This document shows positions 1-8,578 of a DNA stretch of 64,000 bases, piece after piece (the stretch's first letter is position 1; every line of letters starts with the position of its first letter). Origin of the DNA: an uncultured Acidobacteriota bacterium (GTDB lineage: Bacteria; Acidobacteriota; Vicinamibacteria; Vicinamibacterales; CAVVIG01); contig CAWEDP010000002.1 of assembly GCA_963807925.1 (NCBI GenBank), forward strand, positions 1,404,950-1,468,949, written 5' to 3'. The translations under genes and the position numbers were made by a program. Under the pieces are notes generated by a model that did no database searches, was not told where the DNA came from, and was given only the letters and a program-made list of their open reading frames with translations.

Positions 1-170
1 CGAGCTGAAATGGCCGCTGGGGCGGCGCTTCCGGGTCGGACTGAGCCTGCTGGCCACGCTCGCGTCCGGTCTGGCGCTCGAGGTCGTCCACGCCGCCAAC
101 CGGACGGCCGGCCGGTACGACGTGGCGCCGGTCAGAGCGCCAGCCTCGCGCTGACGCGCGGCCGGCCGGT

Positions 171-509
171 CTACTTCTTCTTCAAACCCGACAGGTAGGC
201 CACGAGCGCGTCGACGTCGCCCTTGTCGAGGGTGTACACCTTCATCTCCGGCTTGCGGTCCGCCTTCATCTTCGCCGTCATCGCTTTCGCATCGACGATC
301 CACATCCGGATTTCGTCCGCCTTCAGCTTGCTGCCGACGTCGTCGAGCGGCCCCTTGGCGTTGCCTTTCCCGGCGATCGAATGACAGAGCGTGCACTTCT
401 GCTCCGTGAAGAGCTGCTCGCCTTTCTTCGCGTCCTGGGCGGCGGCGGTTGCCACGACGGCCAGGCTCAACACCGCGGTCAGCATCATCAATCGGCGCAT
501 TTTCAACAC
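171..509 (-). CDS. Monoheme c-type cytochrome, secreted
   Basis: Signal peptide (…TAAAQ), CxxCH (CTLCH), distal Met (KPEMK), C-terminal DVDALVAYL helix; GAGGAGG RBS upstream. Confidence 0.88.
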   Translation of the reverse strand: MLKMRRLMMLTAVLSLAVVATAAAQDAKKGEQLFTEQKCTLCHSIAGKGNAKGPLDDVGSKLKADEIRMWIVDAKAMTAKMKADRKPEMKVYTLDKGDVDALVAYLSGLKKK

Positions 510-528
510 CCTCCTCGTTGGTTGGCGA

Positions 529-1056
529 TCAGAACCGTCGAATGCCGCGAAGCGGCCACCAGCGCACCGCGATGCGCCCCAGAATATCGCGTCTTGGCAC
601 CGTGCCCCAATGGCGGCTGTCAGAGCTCTTGTTCCGGTGGTCCCCCATCACGAAGTAGTAGCCGGCCGGAATCCGCGCCGGCCCCCATCGATCGTAGCTG
701 CGGAACGCCGGCGGGACATTCACGTCGTGAGTGAATCGGCCGTCGATCGTCACACGGCCGTCCACGATCTCCACGACGTCGCCCGCCACCGCAATCACGC
801 GCTTCACGATCCACATGTCGGGATCGTGGGGGTACGCGAGCATGACGATGTCCCCGCGGCGCGGATCGGCGAAGTCGTAGGCCAGGCGATCGACGACCAG
901 ATAGTCGCGATTTTCGAGCGTCGGCGCCATGCTGAAACCCTGCACCTGGGCGACCGAGCATCCCCATGCGCTCATCAAGAGGATCGCGGCGGCGCTCGAC
1001 AGAACGGTCGCCACGCCGCGGCGGACCCACCGCCGTGCGTCGAATTCTGCAGGCAT
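529..1056 (-). CDS. lepB: Signal peptidase I (S26)
   Basis: GFSMAPTL (Ser), IVKRVIA (Lys), FVMGDHRNKSSDSRHWG; start taken at ATG 1056 within the longer 529..1920 ORF. Confidence 0.9.
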   Translation of the reverse strand: MPAEFDARRWVRRGVATVLSSAAAILLMSAWGCSVAQVQGFSMAPTLENRDYLVVDRLAYDFADPRRGDIVMLAYPHDPDMWIVKRVIAVAGDVVEIVDGRVTIDGRFTHDVNVPPAFRSYDRWGPARIPAGYYFVMGDHRNKSSDSRHWGTVPRRDILGRIAVRWWPLRGIRRF

Positions 1057-1215
1057 GCGAAGGGCCGAACGGCAAGGGACGTACCGGCGACTCGCGCCGA
1101 CCCGCAGCCGAGGGCAGCCCCTTTTCCTCAGGTTTTCGAGGGCTCCCCGGGCGTGATCGGCCCGACCGTCGCGTCGGCGGCGTGAATATTCCACAATCGG
1201 CGGGGATATTTCACG

Positions 1216-1231
1216 AGGTCCGAGGTTTGCA
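1216..1231 (+). promoter_or_regulatory. Candidate sigma-54 promoter for the APH-AAA gene
   Basis: AGGTCCGAGGTTTGCA = GG-N10-GC with TTGCA; preceded by a near-perfect inverted repeat CGTGAATATTCC…GGATATTTCACG at 1181-1215. Confidence 0.4.
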
Positions 1232-1251
1232 TGCTGAGCCGCGCACGGCCC

Positions 1252-2856
1252 ATGGGCGTCGAGATGCTGCAGGACGACCAGACCCGCCTCATCGAGGCGC
1301 TTCGGAACGCTGCGCTGTACGGCGCATCCGAGGTTCGCCTCCTCGAAACCCATATCTCGTACGTACTGTTGACCGGCGACTACGCCTTCAAGATCAAGAA
1401 GGCGATCCGCCTCAACTTCCTGGACTTCAGCACCCTCGAGGCGCGCCGATTCTACTGCGTTCGCGAGCTCGAACTGAACCGCAGGTTCGCGCCGCACCTG
1501 TACCTGCAAGTGGTGCCGATTACCGGGACGGCGGACCGTCCCGAGATTGCGGGGTCCGGTCCGCCGATCGAGTACGCCGTCAAGATGCGGCAGTTCCCGC
1601 AGGACGCGCTGCTCGGGGCCATGCTCGCCCGCGGCGCGCTCACGCACGCCCACCTCGATGACCTGGCCGCGCGGCTGTCGTCGTTTCACGACCTGGCGGA
1701 GCGGATTGACCCGGCAGTCCCGTTCGGCACCGCCGCCGCCGTCCGCGCGCTGGCGATGGAGAACTTCACCGACATCGACGCGCTGCTCGGAGACGCCGAC
1801 GACCGCACCGACCTCGCCGCACTCTGCGCCTGGACCGACTGGGAGCACCACGCCCTGGGCCCGGTCTTCGACGGGCGCCGGAACGACGGCTTCGTCCGCG
1901 CCTGCCACGGCGATCTGCATCTCGGCAACATCGCCCTGGTCGAGGGCATCGTGACGATGTTCGACGGCATCGAGTTCAACGAGCGGATGCGCTGGGGCGA
2001 CGTGATGGCCGACGTGGCGTTTCTCGTGATGGATCTGCGCTACCGCACGCGTCCGGACTTTGCCGCGCGGCTCTTCAACCTGTACGTCGAAAGCACCGGC
2101 GATTACGCCGGAGTACGCGTGTTTCGCTTCTATGCCGCGTACCGGGCCATGGTTCGCGCCAAGGTGGCCCGCGTCCGCTCAGCCGAGCTCGTGGCCGAAG
2201 ACCTCCGCGCCGGCGCCGACGCCGAGTACCGCGCGCACGTTCGACTCGCCCTGGACTACACCGAGACGCCTCACGCCGGGCTCATCCTCACGCACGGGCC
2301 GTCGGGGGCCGGCAAGACGACCTTGTCGGAGGGCCTCCTGGAGCTGATTGGCGCCGTCAGGATCCGCACCGACGTGGAACGCAAGCGGCTGCACGGCGTG
2401 CCGTCGCTGGCGGCGAGCCAGTCCGCGCTCGACGCCGGGCTCTATTCGCACCGCGAAACCGAGCGGACCTACGAACGGGCCCGGTCCCTGACGCGCGATG
2501 TCGTGGCGGGTGGCTTTCCGGCCATCGTCGACGGCACCTTCCTCAAGCGCTGGCAGCGCGAGATGTTTCGGCAGCTCGCCTCGGAGCTGGCTGTGCCGTT
2601 CGTCATCGTGGACTTCGTGGCCGCGCCCGCCACCATGCGCGCCAGGATCGAGGAGCGGCGCCGGGCGGCATCGGACGCGTCGGAAGCCGACGCACGGGTG
2701 CTGGAAAGCCAGCTGCAGTCGGCTGAGGCGTTTGGCGAGGATGAAGGACCGGCGGTGGTGACTTATGACGCGGCGACCGCGCCCGAGGGCGCGCGGCAGG
2801 CGGCCGTCTGGCAGCCGGTGGTCGCGCGGCTCGGACGAAGGCCCTCGGCAGCGTAG
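1252..2856 (+). CDS. Bifunctional aminoglycoside-phosphotransferase-like / AAA_33 P-loop protein (Rv2004c-like)
   Basis: ETHISYV, KIKK, CHGDLHLGNI, FDGIEFN kinase motifs, then GPSGAGKT and RIRTDVERKRL; start 1252 or 1264. Confidence 0.9.
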   Translation: MGVEMLQDDQTRLIEALRNAALYGASEVRLLETHISYVLLTGDYAFKIKKAIRLNFLDFSTLEARRFYCVRELELNRRFAPHLYLQVVPITGTADRPEIAGSGPPIEYAVKMRQFPQDALLGAMLARGALTHAHLDDLAARLSSFHDLAERIDPAVPFGTAAAVRALAMENFTDIDALLGDADDRTDLAALCAWTDWEHHALGPVFDGRRNDGFVRACHGDLHLGNIALVEGIVTMFDGIEFNERMRWGDVMADVAFLVMDLRYRTRPDFAARLFNLYVESTGDYAGVRVFRFYAAYRAMVRAKVARVRSAELVAEDLRAGADAEYRAHVRLALDYTETPHAGLILTHGPSGAGKTTLSEGLLELIGAVRIRTDVERKRLHGVPSLAASQSALDAGLYSHRETERTYERARSLTRDVVAGGFPAIVDGTFLKRWQREMFRQLASELAVPFVIVDFVAAPATMRARIEERRRAASDASEADARVLESQLQSAEAFGEDEGPAVVTYDAATAPEGARQAAVWQPVVARLGRRPSAA

Positions 2857-2874
2857 CCGGACACGGCCGGCACG

Positions 2875-3322
2875 TTACGCGACTTTCACTTCGATCGTCT
2901 TCGGCTTCGCGAGCGCGATTTTCGGCAGGTGGACGTGAAGCACGCCCTCCTTGAATTCGGCCTGCACCTTGGTGGCATCCACCTCGACCGGCAGCGCGAA
3001 CCGACGGACGAACTTGCCGTACGACCGTTCCACCTTGTGGAATTTCCTGTCCTTCTCGTCCTTCTCGAACTTCCGCTCCCCTTCGATGGTCAGCGCGCCT
3101 TCACGCACTTCCACCTTGACGTCTTCCTTCTTCAGCTCCGGCAGGTCGGCCTTGATCAGAGTACTCCGTCTCTGTTTCCTCGATGTCGACCGCCGGCGCC
3201 CAGTCGCCGAACAGCACCGGTTCCTCGTCGCCGAATCGGCGTGGAAACTCGGCAAACAGTCGATCCAGGCGGGTGTGAATGTCCTGGAATTCCCGGAACG
3301 GATTCCAACGAACGAGAGTCAT
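2875..3322 (-). CDS. Small heat shock protein Hsp20/alpha-crystallin (one +1 frameshift near 3160)
   Basis: MTLVRWNPFRE…WAPAVDIEET in one frame, LIKADLPELKKEDV…ERSYGKFVRRFALP…GVLHVHLPK in the next; span is 3n+1; GGAGG RBS. Confidence 0.9.
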
Positions 3323-3390
3323 GGAACCTCCTTCCCGCGGGTGCGGCGCCGCCGGAAACCCGGCGGATTGACCGGCCCCGAGAAGGAACG

Positions 3391-3406
3391 TGCAACGACG
3401 CTGCCC
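3391..3406 (-). promoter_or_regulatory. Candidate sigma-54 promoter for hsp20
   Basis: GGGCAGCGTCGTTGCA (GG-N10-GC); palindrome GCCGGAAACCCGGC at 3351-3364 lies in the leader. Confidence 0.6.
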
Positions 3407-3420
3407 GGGGTTGCCCGGGG

Positions 3421-4881
3421 TCAGGACGAGACGGCCTGTGCGGGAAACCGCAGCGACACGACGGTGCCGCCGGAGGGCGGACACTCGAGGTCGATGGAGC
3501 CGCCCAGCGCCTCGACCAGCCGCTTCGCCGTCGACAGCCCGAGGCCGGTGCCCCGCGCCTTGGTCGTGAAGAACGGGGTGAACAGGCGGTCACGGACTTC
3601 GGGCGGGATGCCGGGGCCTTCGTCGGCGACGAGAATGCGCCAGCCGTCGCCGTCGACGTGGGTCGAGATGCGAATGGTGCCCTGGCCATCCATGGCATGC
3701 GACGCGTTGATCAACAGGTTCTGCAGGACGATCTTGAGCAGCTCGGGATCGGCCGGCACCGGCGGAATCGTCCCCGACAGCTCGACGTGAAGACCGGCCG
3801 TCGACGGGTCCTGGCACACCAGGTGCGTCACCGTCTCGACGAGCGCCACGACGTTCACATGCGCGATCTTCGGCTGCGGCGGGCGCGCGAAGAGCAGCAT
3901 GTCCTTCATCAGCTCGTTCAGCGCGTCGAGCCGGGCGACGATTTCCCTGGCAATCGCCGCGTCCTTGCCGCCCGGAGGCAGCCTGGTCCCGATCACCTGA
4001 ATCGCCCCCCGAATTCCCGTGAGCGGATTCTTGACTTCGTGCGCCACGACGGCCGCCATCTCGCCCAGCTTGGTGAGCGCCGACTGTTCGCGCAGGCGTT
4101 CCTCCATCGCCACCCGCGCCGTGAGGTCGTGCAGGATGCCGGTGAACTTCCGCTCCCCTTCGATCAGCATCTCGCCGACCGCGAGATGCACCGGGAACGT
4201 GCTGCCATCCTTCCGGAGGCCCGTCACCTCACGCCCGATGCCGATGATGCGCTGCTGGCCGGTCTCGAGATAGCGCTGCAGATACGCGTCGTGCTCTTCG
4301 TGGTACGGCGACGGCATCAGCATCCTGACGTTCCGGCCGACGACCTCCGCCGCGGCGTACCCGAACAGGCGCTCCGCAGCCGGATTGAGCGCCTGGACGA
4401 TCCCGCGCTGGTCGATCACGATGATGCCGTCGACAGCCGACTCGATGACCGAGCGCCAGTGCGCCTCGCTCGATTTGAGCGCGCGCTCCACTCGCTTCTG
4501 CTCGGTGACGTCGCGCACGGTCGCCGAGGCGCCGACAATGCGCCCCTCGCCGTCGCGCAGCGGCCTGAGGCTGACCGACACGTCGATGAGGCGGCCCTCC
4601 TTCGTGCGGCGCACGGTCTGCTGATGCTGAATCCGCTCTCCCGCCTTGATGCGCGGCGGCGTGCGGACGAGCTCGTCGCGCCGATCGTCGGGAATGAGAA
4701 TGCCGATGGATTGGCCGACGATTTCGGCCGCCGAGTAGCCGTACATTTCCTCGGCGCCCCGGTTCCAGGTGAGGATCACTCCTTCCAGATCGGTCGCGAA
4801 GATCGCGTCGTCTGAGGAGTCGACAACGGCCGCAAGCAGGGAACGGGCGTCTCCTTCGGGCCGCTGGCTCGAGTTGGGCAC
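3421..4881 (-). CDS. PAS-PAS sensor histidine kinase with FixL-like heme PAS domain
   Basis: Second PAS LMPSPYHEEHDAYLQRY…RIIGIGREVTGLRKDGSTFPVHLAVGEM matches FixL; HisKA AHEVKNPL; HATPase NLLINA, DEGPGI, FFTTK, GTGLGL; GTG start 6 nt after a TACGAT -10. Confidence 0.9.
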   Translation of the reverse strand: MPNSSQRPEGDARSLLAAVVDSSDDAIFATDLEGVILTWNRGAEEMYGYSAAEIVGQSIGILIPDDRRDELVRTPPRIKAGERIQHQQTVRRTKEGRLIDVSVSLRPLRDGEGRIVGASATVRDVTEQKRVERALKSSEAHWRSVIESAVDGIIVIDQRGIVQALNPAAERLFGYAAAEVVGRNVRMLMPSPYHEEHDAYLQRYLETGQQRIIGIGREVTGLRKDGSTFPVHLAVGEMLIEGERKFTGILHDLTARVAMEERLREQSALTKLGEMAAVVAHEVKNPLTGIRGAIQVIGTRLPPGGKDAAIAREIVARLDALNELMKDMLLFARPPQPKIAHVNVVALVETVTHLVCQDPSTAGLHVELSGTIPPVPADPELLKIVLQNLLINASHAMDGQGTIRISTHVDGDGWRILVADEGPGIPPEVRDRLFTPFFTTKARGTGLGLSTAKRLVEALGGSIDLECPPSGGTVVSLRFPAQAVSS

Positions 4882-4951
4882 GGCAGGATCGTACACCGGG
4901 ACGGCGCCGATCGACCCGCGACCGTCCCGGTCCGAAGGCGAACGTGGAGTC

Positions 4952-5155
4952 CTAACGAGCCAGCACGTAGGCGTTCTTGGCCGTTCGGGAGAGGAACCGC
5001 GCGTCGACGAGCGCGTCGAGCAGCGCATCGCAGAGGTGCTCGTCAAGGCTCCAGAGGCGTCGCACCTGCGACCTGGTGAGATGCAGGCCGGGAATCTCGA
5101 GATACTCCGCCTGAATCAGATCGAGCCATTCGACGACGCTGCGGTCGTTGATCAT
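4952..5155 (-). CDS. Small hypothetical protein, probable winged-helix fold (67 aa)
   Basis: IQAEYLEIPGLHLTRSQVRRLWSLD…LLDALVDARFLSRT; GAGGA RBS; sigma-54 site upstream. Confidence 0.75.
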   Translation of the reverse strand: MINDRSVVEWLDLIQAEYLEIPGLHLTRSQVRRLWSLDEHLCDALLDALVDARFLSRTAKNAYVLAR

Positions 5156-5187
5156 CGGGTGTCCTCGTTCGAGTCGGCACCGGCTGA

Positions 5188-5203
5188 GGCAAGCGGCGTA
5201 CCG
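5188..5203 (-). promoter_or_regulatory. Candidate sigma-54 promoter
   Basis: CGGTACGCCGCTTGCC (GG-N10-GC). Confidence 0.6.
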
Positions 5204-5371
5204 GGACGACCTCGCGGATCCGCGTCGGGTTTCGGAGGAATCCTCGCGGTACCCGCGCGGTCGAGATCCACGCCCGAGCGAAAGTCCCCGCGCGGCGCGG
5301 AATATCCCGCGCTCGTCCAGAGGGCAGGGCCGCTCGGCGAATCCGCAGACCGAGTCGAAGGAGAGGCGGGC

Positions 5372-5452
5372 GCCGGTTTTCCGGCGCGTCCTGGCCAATC
5401 ACGACGTTTCCTGCCCGCGGCCACGCGCACGGTGGTTGGCATCGTCGGTGCG
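5372..5452 (+). promoter_or_regulatory. Palindromic enhancer plus sigma-54 promoter for the cus operon
   Basis: GCCGGTTTTCCGGC (5372-5385), then 52 nt, then GG of TGGCATCGTCGGTGCG (5437-5452). Confidence 0.55.
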
Positions 5453-5465
5453 TGGCAAGGCTGCG

Positions 5466-5816
5466 ATGGCCTTTTGGATTCGACGTCGGGCGGCCGCGGT
5501 GCTGACGGCTGCGTTGATGATGGCGAGCGGGTTGGGGGCCGTTCCCGCCGCGCGCCATGAGGCGTGCGCCCTGAACCAGCATCATTGCGGCGCGACCGCT
5601 ACGTCTGTCCGGTGCTGTTGCGGTCCAGAAAACGACGGCACCCGGTCCAACGGCCTCATCGAGGTGCGATCCAGTCTCTCCGCCGACGCGTCGCCCTGCT
5701 GGCTTCCGCGCCAGGGAACCGGAACACCACCTCTTCTCCACTGCCTCTATGCGCGACCCGGCGGTTGGGATCGGCTGCCGGCTGCCGCCGATTCTCCGCC
5801 TGTCCTCCGCATCTGA
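5466..5816 (+). CDS. Cys/His-rich small exported protein upstream of heavy-metal RND operon
   Basis: Signal-like N-terminus, HEAC…HHC…CCC cluster, C-terminal PPVLRI; position typical of metal-efflux leader ORFs. Confidence 0.55.
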   Translation: MAFWIRRRAAAVLTAALMMASGLGAVPAARHEACALNQHHCGATATSVRCCCGPENDGTRSNGLIEVRSSLSADASPCWLPRQGTGTPPLLHCLYARPGGWDRLPAAADSPPVLRI

Positions 5817-5964
5817 TCCCCATCCGGACATAGTGCATACGTCGGACTGAGCCGCCATCGGCGACTCGGATGCCGACGAGGCCACCACCAATCACAGGCT
5901 GGTGCGGATTGGAAATCGCCGCCTGACAGGCGGGCGATGGACGACCGCCAGGGAGCAGACACGT

Positions 5965-7221
5965 ATGCGGGGCCGAGCTTTTTTCACGATGCTGGGATTG
6001 GTCACGGCGGCGGCTGGCGTTGCGGCCCAGACCGACGGGCGGTTCACGCTGGCGGGTGCGATCGCTGAAGCGCTCGCGCGCAATCCGGAAATCGCCGCCG
6101 CGGACCGCCGCTACGATGCGGCGCTCACACGTCCGGCCCAGGAGCGCAGCCTGCCCGATCCGATGATCTCGGCCGGATACCGTTCGAGCGGAACGCCCCT
6201 GCCCGGGGCGGGCCTGGGCGTCGAGCCGACGGCGAACATCGGCGTCATGCTCACGCAGGAGATTCCCTTCCCGGGGAAGCTCGTCCTGCGCGGCACCATC
6301 GCCGCCCGCGAGGCGGCCGCCGGGCAGGAAGAGGTGGAGGCGGCACGGCTCGGCATCGCCGCACGCGTGAAGCAGACCTACTTCCGTCTGGCATACACCT
6401 ACGCGGCCGGCGACGTGCTGGCGCGGAACCGGGCGCTGCTCGAAACGCTGCTCAAAGCCAGCGAGGCGCGGTACAGCGTCGGCCATGCCGCGCAGCAGGA
6501 CGTTTTTCGCGCTCAGACACAGGTGACCGTCCTCGAGCTGCGGCAGGTCCGCCTCGCGCAGGAGCAGGCGGTGAGAACCGGCGAGCTGAACGCGCTCATG
6601 GGTCGGGCGGCGACCGACCAGCTCGCGCGGCCGGACGACCTGTCGCTCGCGCCGTTCGACCGCCCGCTGGAGTCGCTGGTCGCGCTGGCCGTCGATCGCG
6701 CGCCGGAGCTGCGACGCGACCGGATCGTCATCGATCGCGCGAACATCGCCGTCGACGCGGCGCGGCTGGACTTCAAGCCGGACTTCGCCGTCTCGGGCGG
6801 CTACGCGTACATGGGCGCCATGCCCTCGATGTACGAATTCCGCTTCGACGTCAGGGTCCCGCTTCGACAGCAGCGCCGAGCGGCGGCCGTCGCCGAGCGC
6901 CAGCGCCTGGTCGACGCGGCCCGGCACGCCTACGACGCCAGCCGTCTCTCGATCGAAGCGCGGATGCGGGAGGACTACGAGACCGCCATGACGTCGGCGC
7001 GCCTGGCCCGCCTCTATCGCGACACGCTGCTCGCGCAGACCCGACTCGGACTGGAGTCATCGATGGTCGGCTATCAGACCGGACAGGTCGATTTCCTGAC
7101 GGTGCTGACCAATTTCGGGTCGGTGCTCGAGAACGAGATGACCTATTTCGACGAGGTCGCGTCGTTCCGGGTGGCCATCAGCCGGCTGGAAGAGGTCACC
7201 GGCACGACGCTTCTGGACTGA
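5965..7221 (+). CDS. TolC/CusC-family outer membrane efflux protein
   Basis: Signal peptide, LPDPM, QEIPFPGK, YQTGQVDFLTVL motifs; in an operon with adaptor and RND pump. Confidence 0.9.
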   Translation: MRGRAFFTMLGLVTAAAGVAAQTDGRFTLAGAIAEALARNPEIAAADRRYDAALTRPAQERSLPDPMISAGYRSSGTPLPGAGLGVEPTANIGVMLTQEIPFPGKLVLRGTIAAREAAAGQEEVEAARLGIAARVKQTYFRLAYTYAAGDVLARNRALLETLLKASEARYSVGHAAQQDVFRAQTQVTVLELRQVRLAQEQAVRTGELNALMGRAATDQLARPDDLSLAPFDRPLESLVALAVDRAPELRRDRIVIDRANIAVDAARLDFKPDFAVSGGYAYMGAMPSMYEFRFDVRVPLRQQRRAAAVAERQRLVDAARHAYDASRLSIEARMREDYETAMTSARLARLYRDTLLAQTRLGLESSMVGYQTGQVDFLTVLTNFGSVLENEMTYFDEVASFRVAISRLEEVTGTTLLD

Positions 7222-7228
7222 GGACGCG

Positions 7229-8578
7229 ATGAGAACCCTGAAACGACTCGTCCTGCTGCTGCTCGTCGGCGGCGCTGCCTTCACGAGCGGCTACGCGCTC
7301 CGCGCCATCAAGGGCGCCGGCGCGCCACCCGCGCGCAAGGTGCTGTACTACGTCGATCCGATGCACCCGGCGTACAAGTCCGACAAACCGGGGATTGCGC
7401 CCGATTGCGGAATGGCGCTCGAGCCGGTCTACGCCGACCCGCAGCCGACGGCCCGCGCCGCCGACGACGGTCGGACGCCGGCGGGGGCGATTCACGTTCC
7501 CATCGAACGGCAGCAGCTCATCGGCGTGAAGTTCACGCGGGTGGAAGTCGACAGCAGCTCACGCGCCATCCGCACGGTGGGGACGGTCGCGGCCGACGAG
7601 TCTCGGATCGTACGGGTGCATCCGCGGTTCGACGGATGGATCGAGAAGGTGTTCGTCGACTTCACCGGCGCGCTCGTCACGCAGGGCCAGCCGATGCTGA
7701 CCATCTACAGTCCGGAAATGCTCGCGTCCCAGCAGGAACTGCTGCTCGCCAGCCGCGCCCGTGCGCTCATGCGCGACAATCCGCTTGCGTCGGCCGCCGA
7801 GCACGGCGAGTCGCTCTTCGAGGCGGCCAGGCACCGCCTCTCGCTCTGGCAATTGAGCGCCGCCGACATCGACCGGGTGCTCGAGTCCGGGCAGCCGATC
7901 GCCAGCGTCGCCGTCGCGGCCCCGGCCGCTGGATTCGTCACCGAGCGCAACGCGTTTCCCAACCAACGCGTCACAGGCGATACCGATCTCTACACGATCA
8001 CCGATCTCGGTCGAATCTGGATCATGGCCGACGCGTTCGAGTCCGACGTGGCCGCGATCAAGATAGGCAGCCTCGCGTACGTCTCGTTCCCGAACGGCAG
8101 CGCGCCGCCGCTGGGCGCGAGGGTCGCCTACATTCAGCCGCAGCTCGACCCGGCGACGCGCACGATGAAGGTTCGGCTCGAAGCCGCCAATCCGGGCTTT
8201 CGGATGAAGCCCGACATGTTCGTCAACGTCGAATTCGGCGTGGCCGGCGCCCCGCGGCTGGTCGTGCCGGCCGACGCGGTGCTCGACACGGGCGACCGGA
8301 AGACCGTCTTCGTCGACCTCGGCGGCGGGTATCTCGAGCCGCGCGAGGTCGAGATCGGCGACCGGATCGGCGATCGGCTCGTCGTCGAGCGCGGGCTCGA
8401 GGCCGGCGAGCGCGTGGTCTCGTCCGGCACGTTCCTCATCGATTCCGAGAGCCAGCTGAGGGCGGCGGCGGCCGGCATGGGCGCCCCGCCCGACCGGCCG
8501 CCCCAGGACGGCGGGACGGCCGCATCCGCGACGGCGGCGCCCCGCACTCCGACCCCGGGGGAGCCTCGCCATGATTGA
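7229..8578 (+). CDS. cusB: CusB-like RND periplasmic adaptor with N-terminal heavy-metal-binding domain
   Basis: YYVDPMHP…DKPGIAPDCGMAL; GWIEKV, YSPEM, TRTMKVR, GTFLIDSES. Confidence 0.9.
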   Translation: MRTLKRLVLLLLVGGAAFTSGYALRAIKGAGAPPARKVLYYVDPMHPAYKSDKPGIAPDCGMALEPVYADPQPTARAADDGRTPAGAIHVPIERQQLIGVKFTRVEVDSSSRAIRTVGTVAADESRIVRVHPRFDGWIEKVFVDFTGALVTQGQPMLTIYSPEMLASQQELLLASRARALMRDNPLASAAEHGESLFEAARHRLSLWQLSAADIDRVLESGQPIASVAVAAPAAGFVTERNAFPNQRVTGDTDLYTITDLGRIWIMADAFESDVAAIKIGSLAYVSFPNGSAPPLGARVAYIQPQLDPATRTMKVRLEAANPGFRMKPDMFVNVEFGVAGAPRLVVPADAVLDTGDRKTVFVDLGGGYLEPREVEIGDRIGDRLVVERGLEAGERVVSSGTFLIDSESQLRAAAAGMGAPPDRPPQDGGTAASATAAPRTPTPGEPRHD

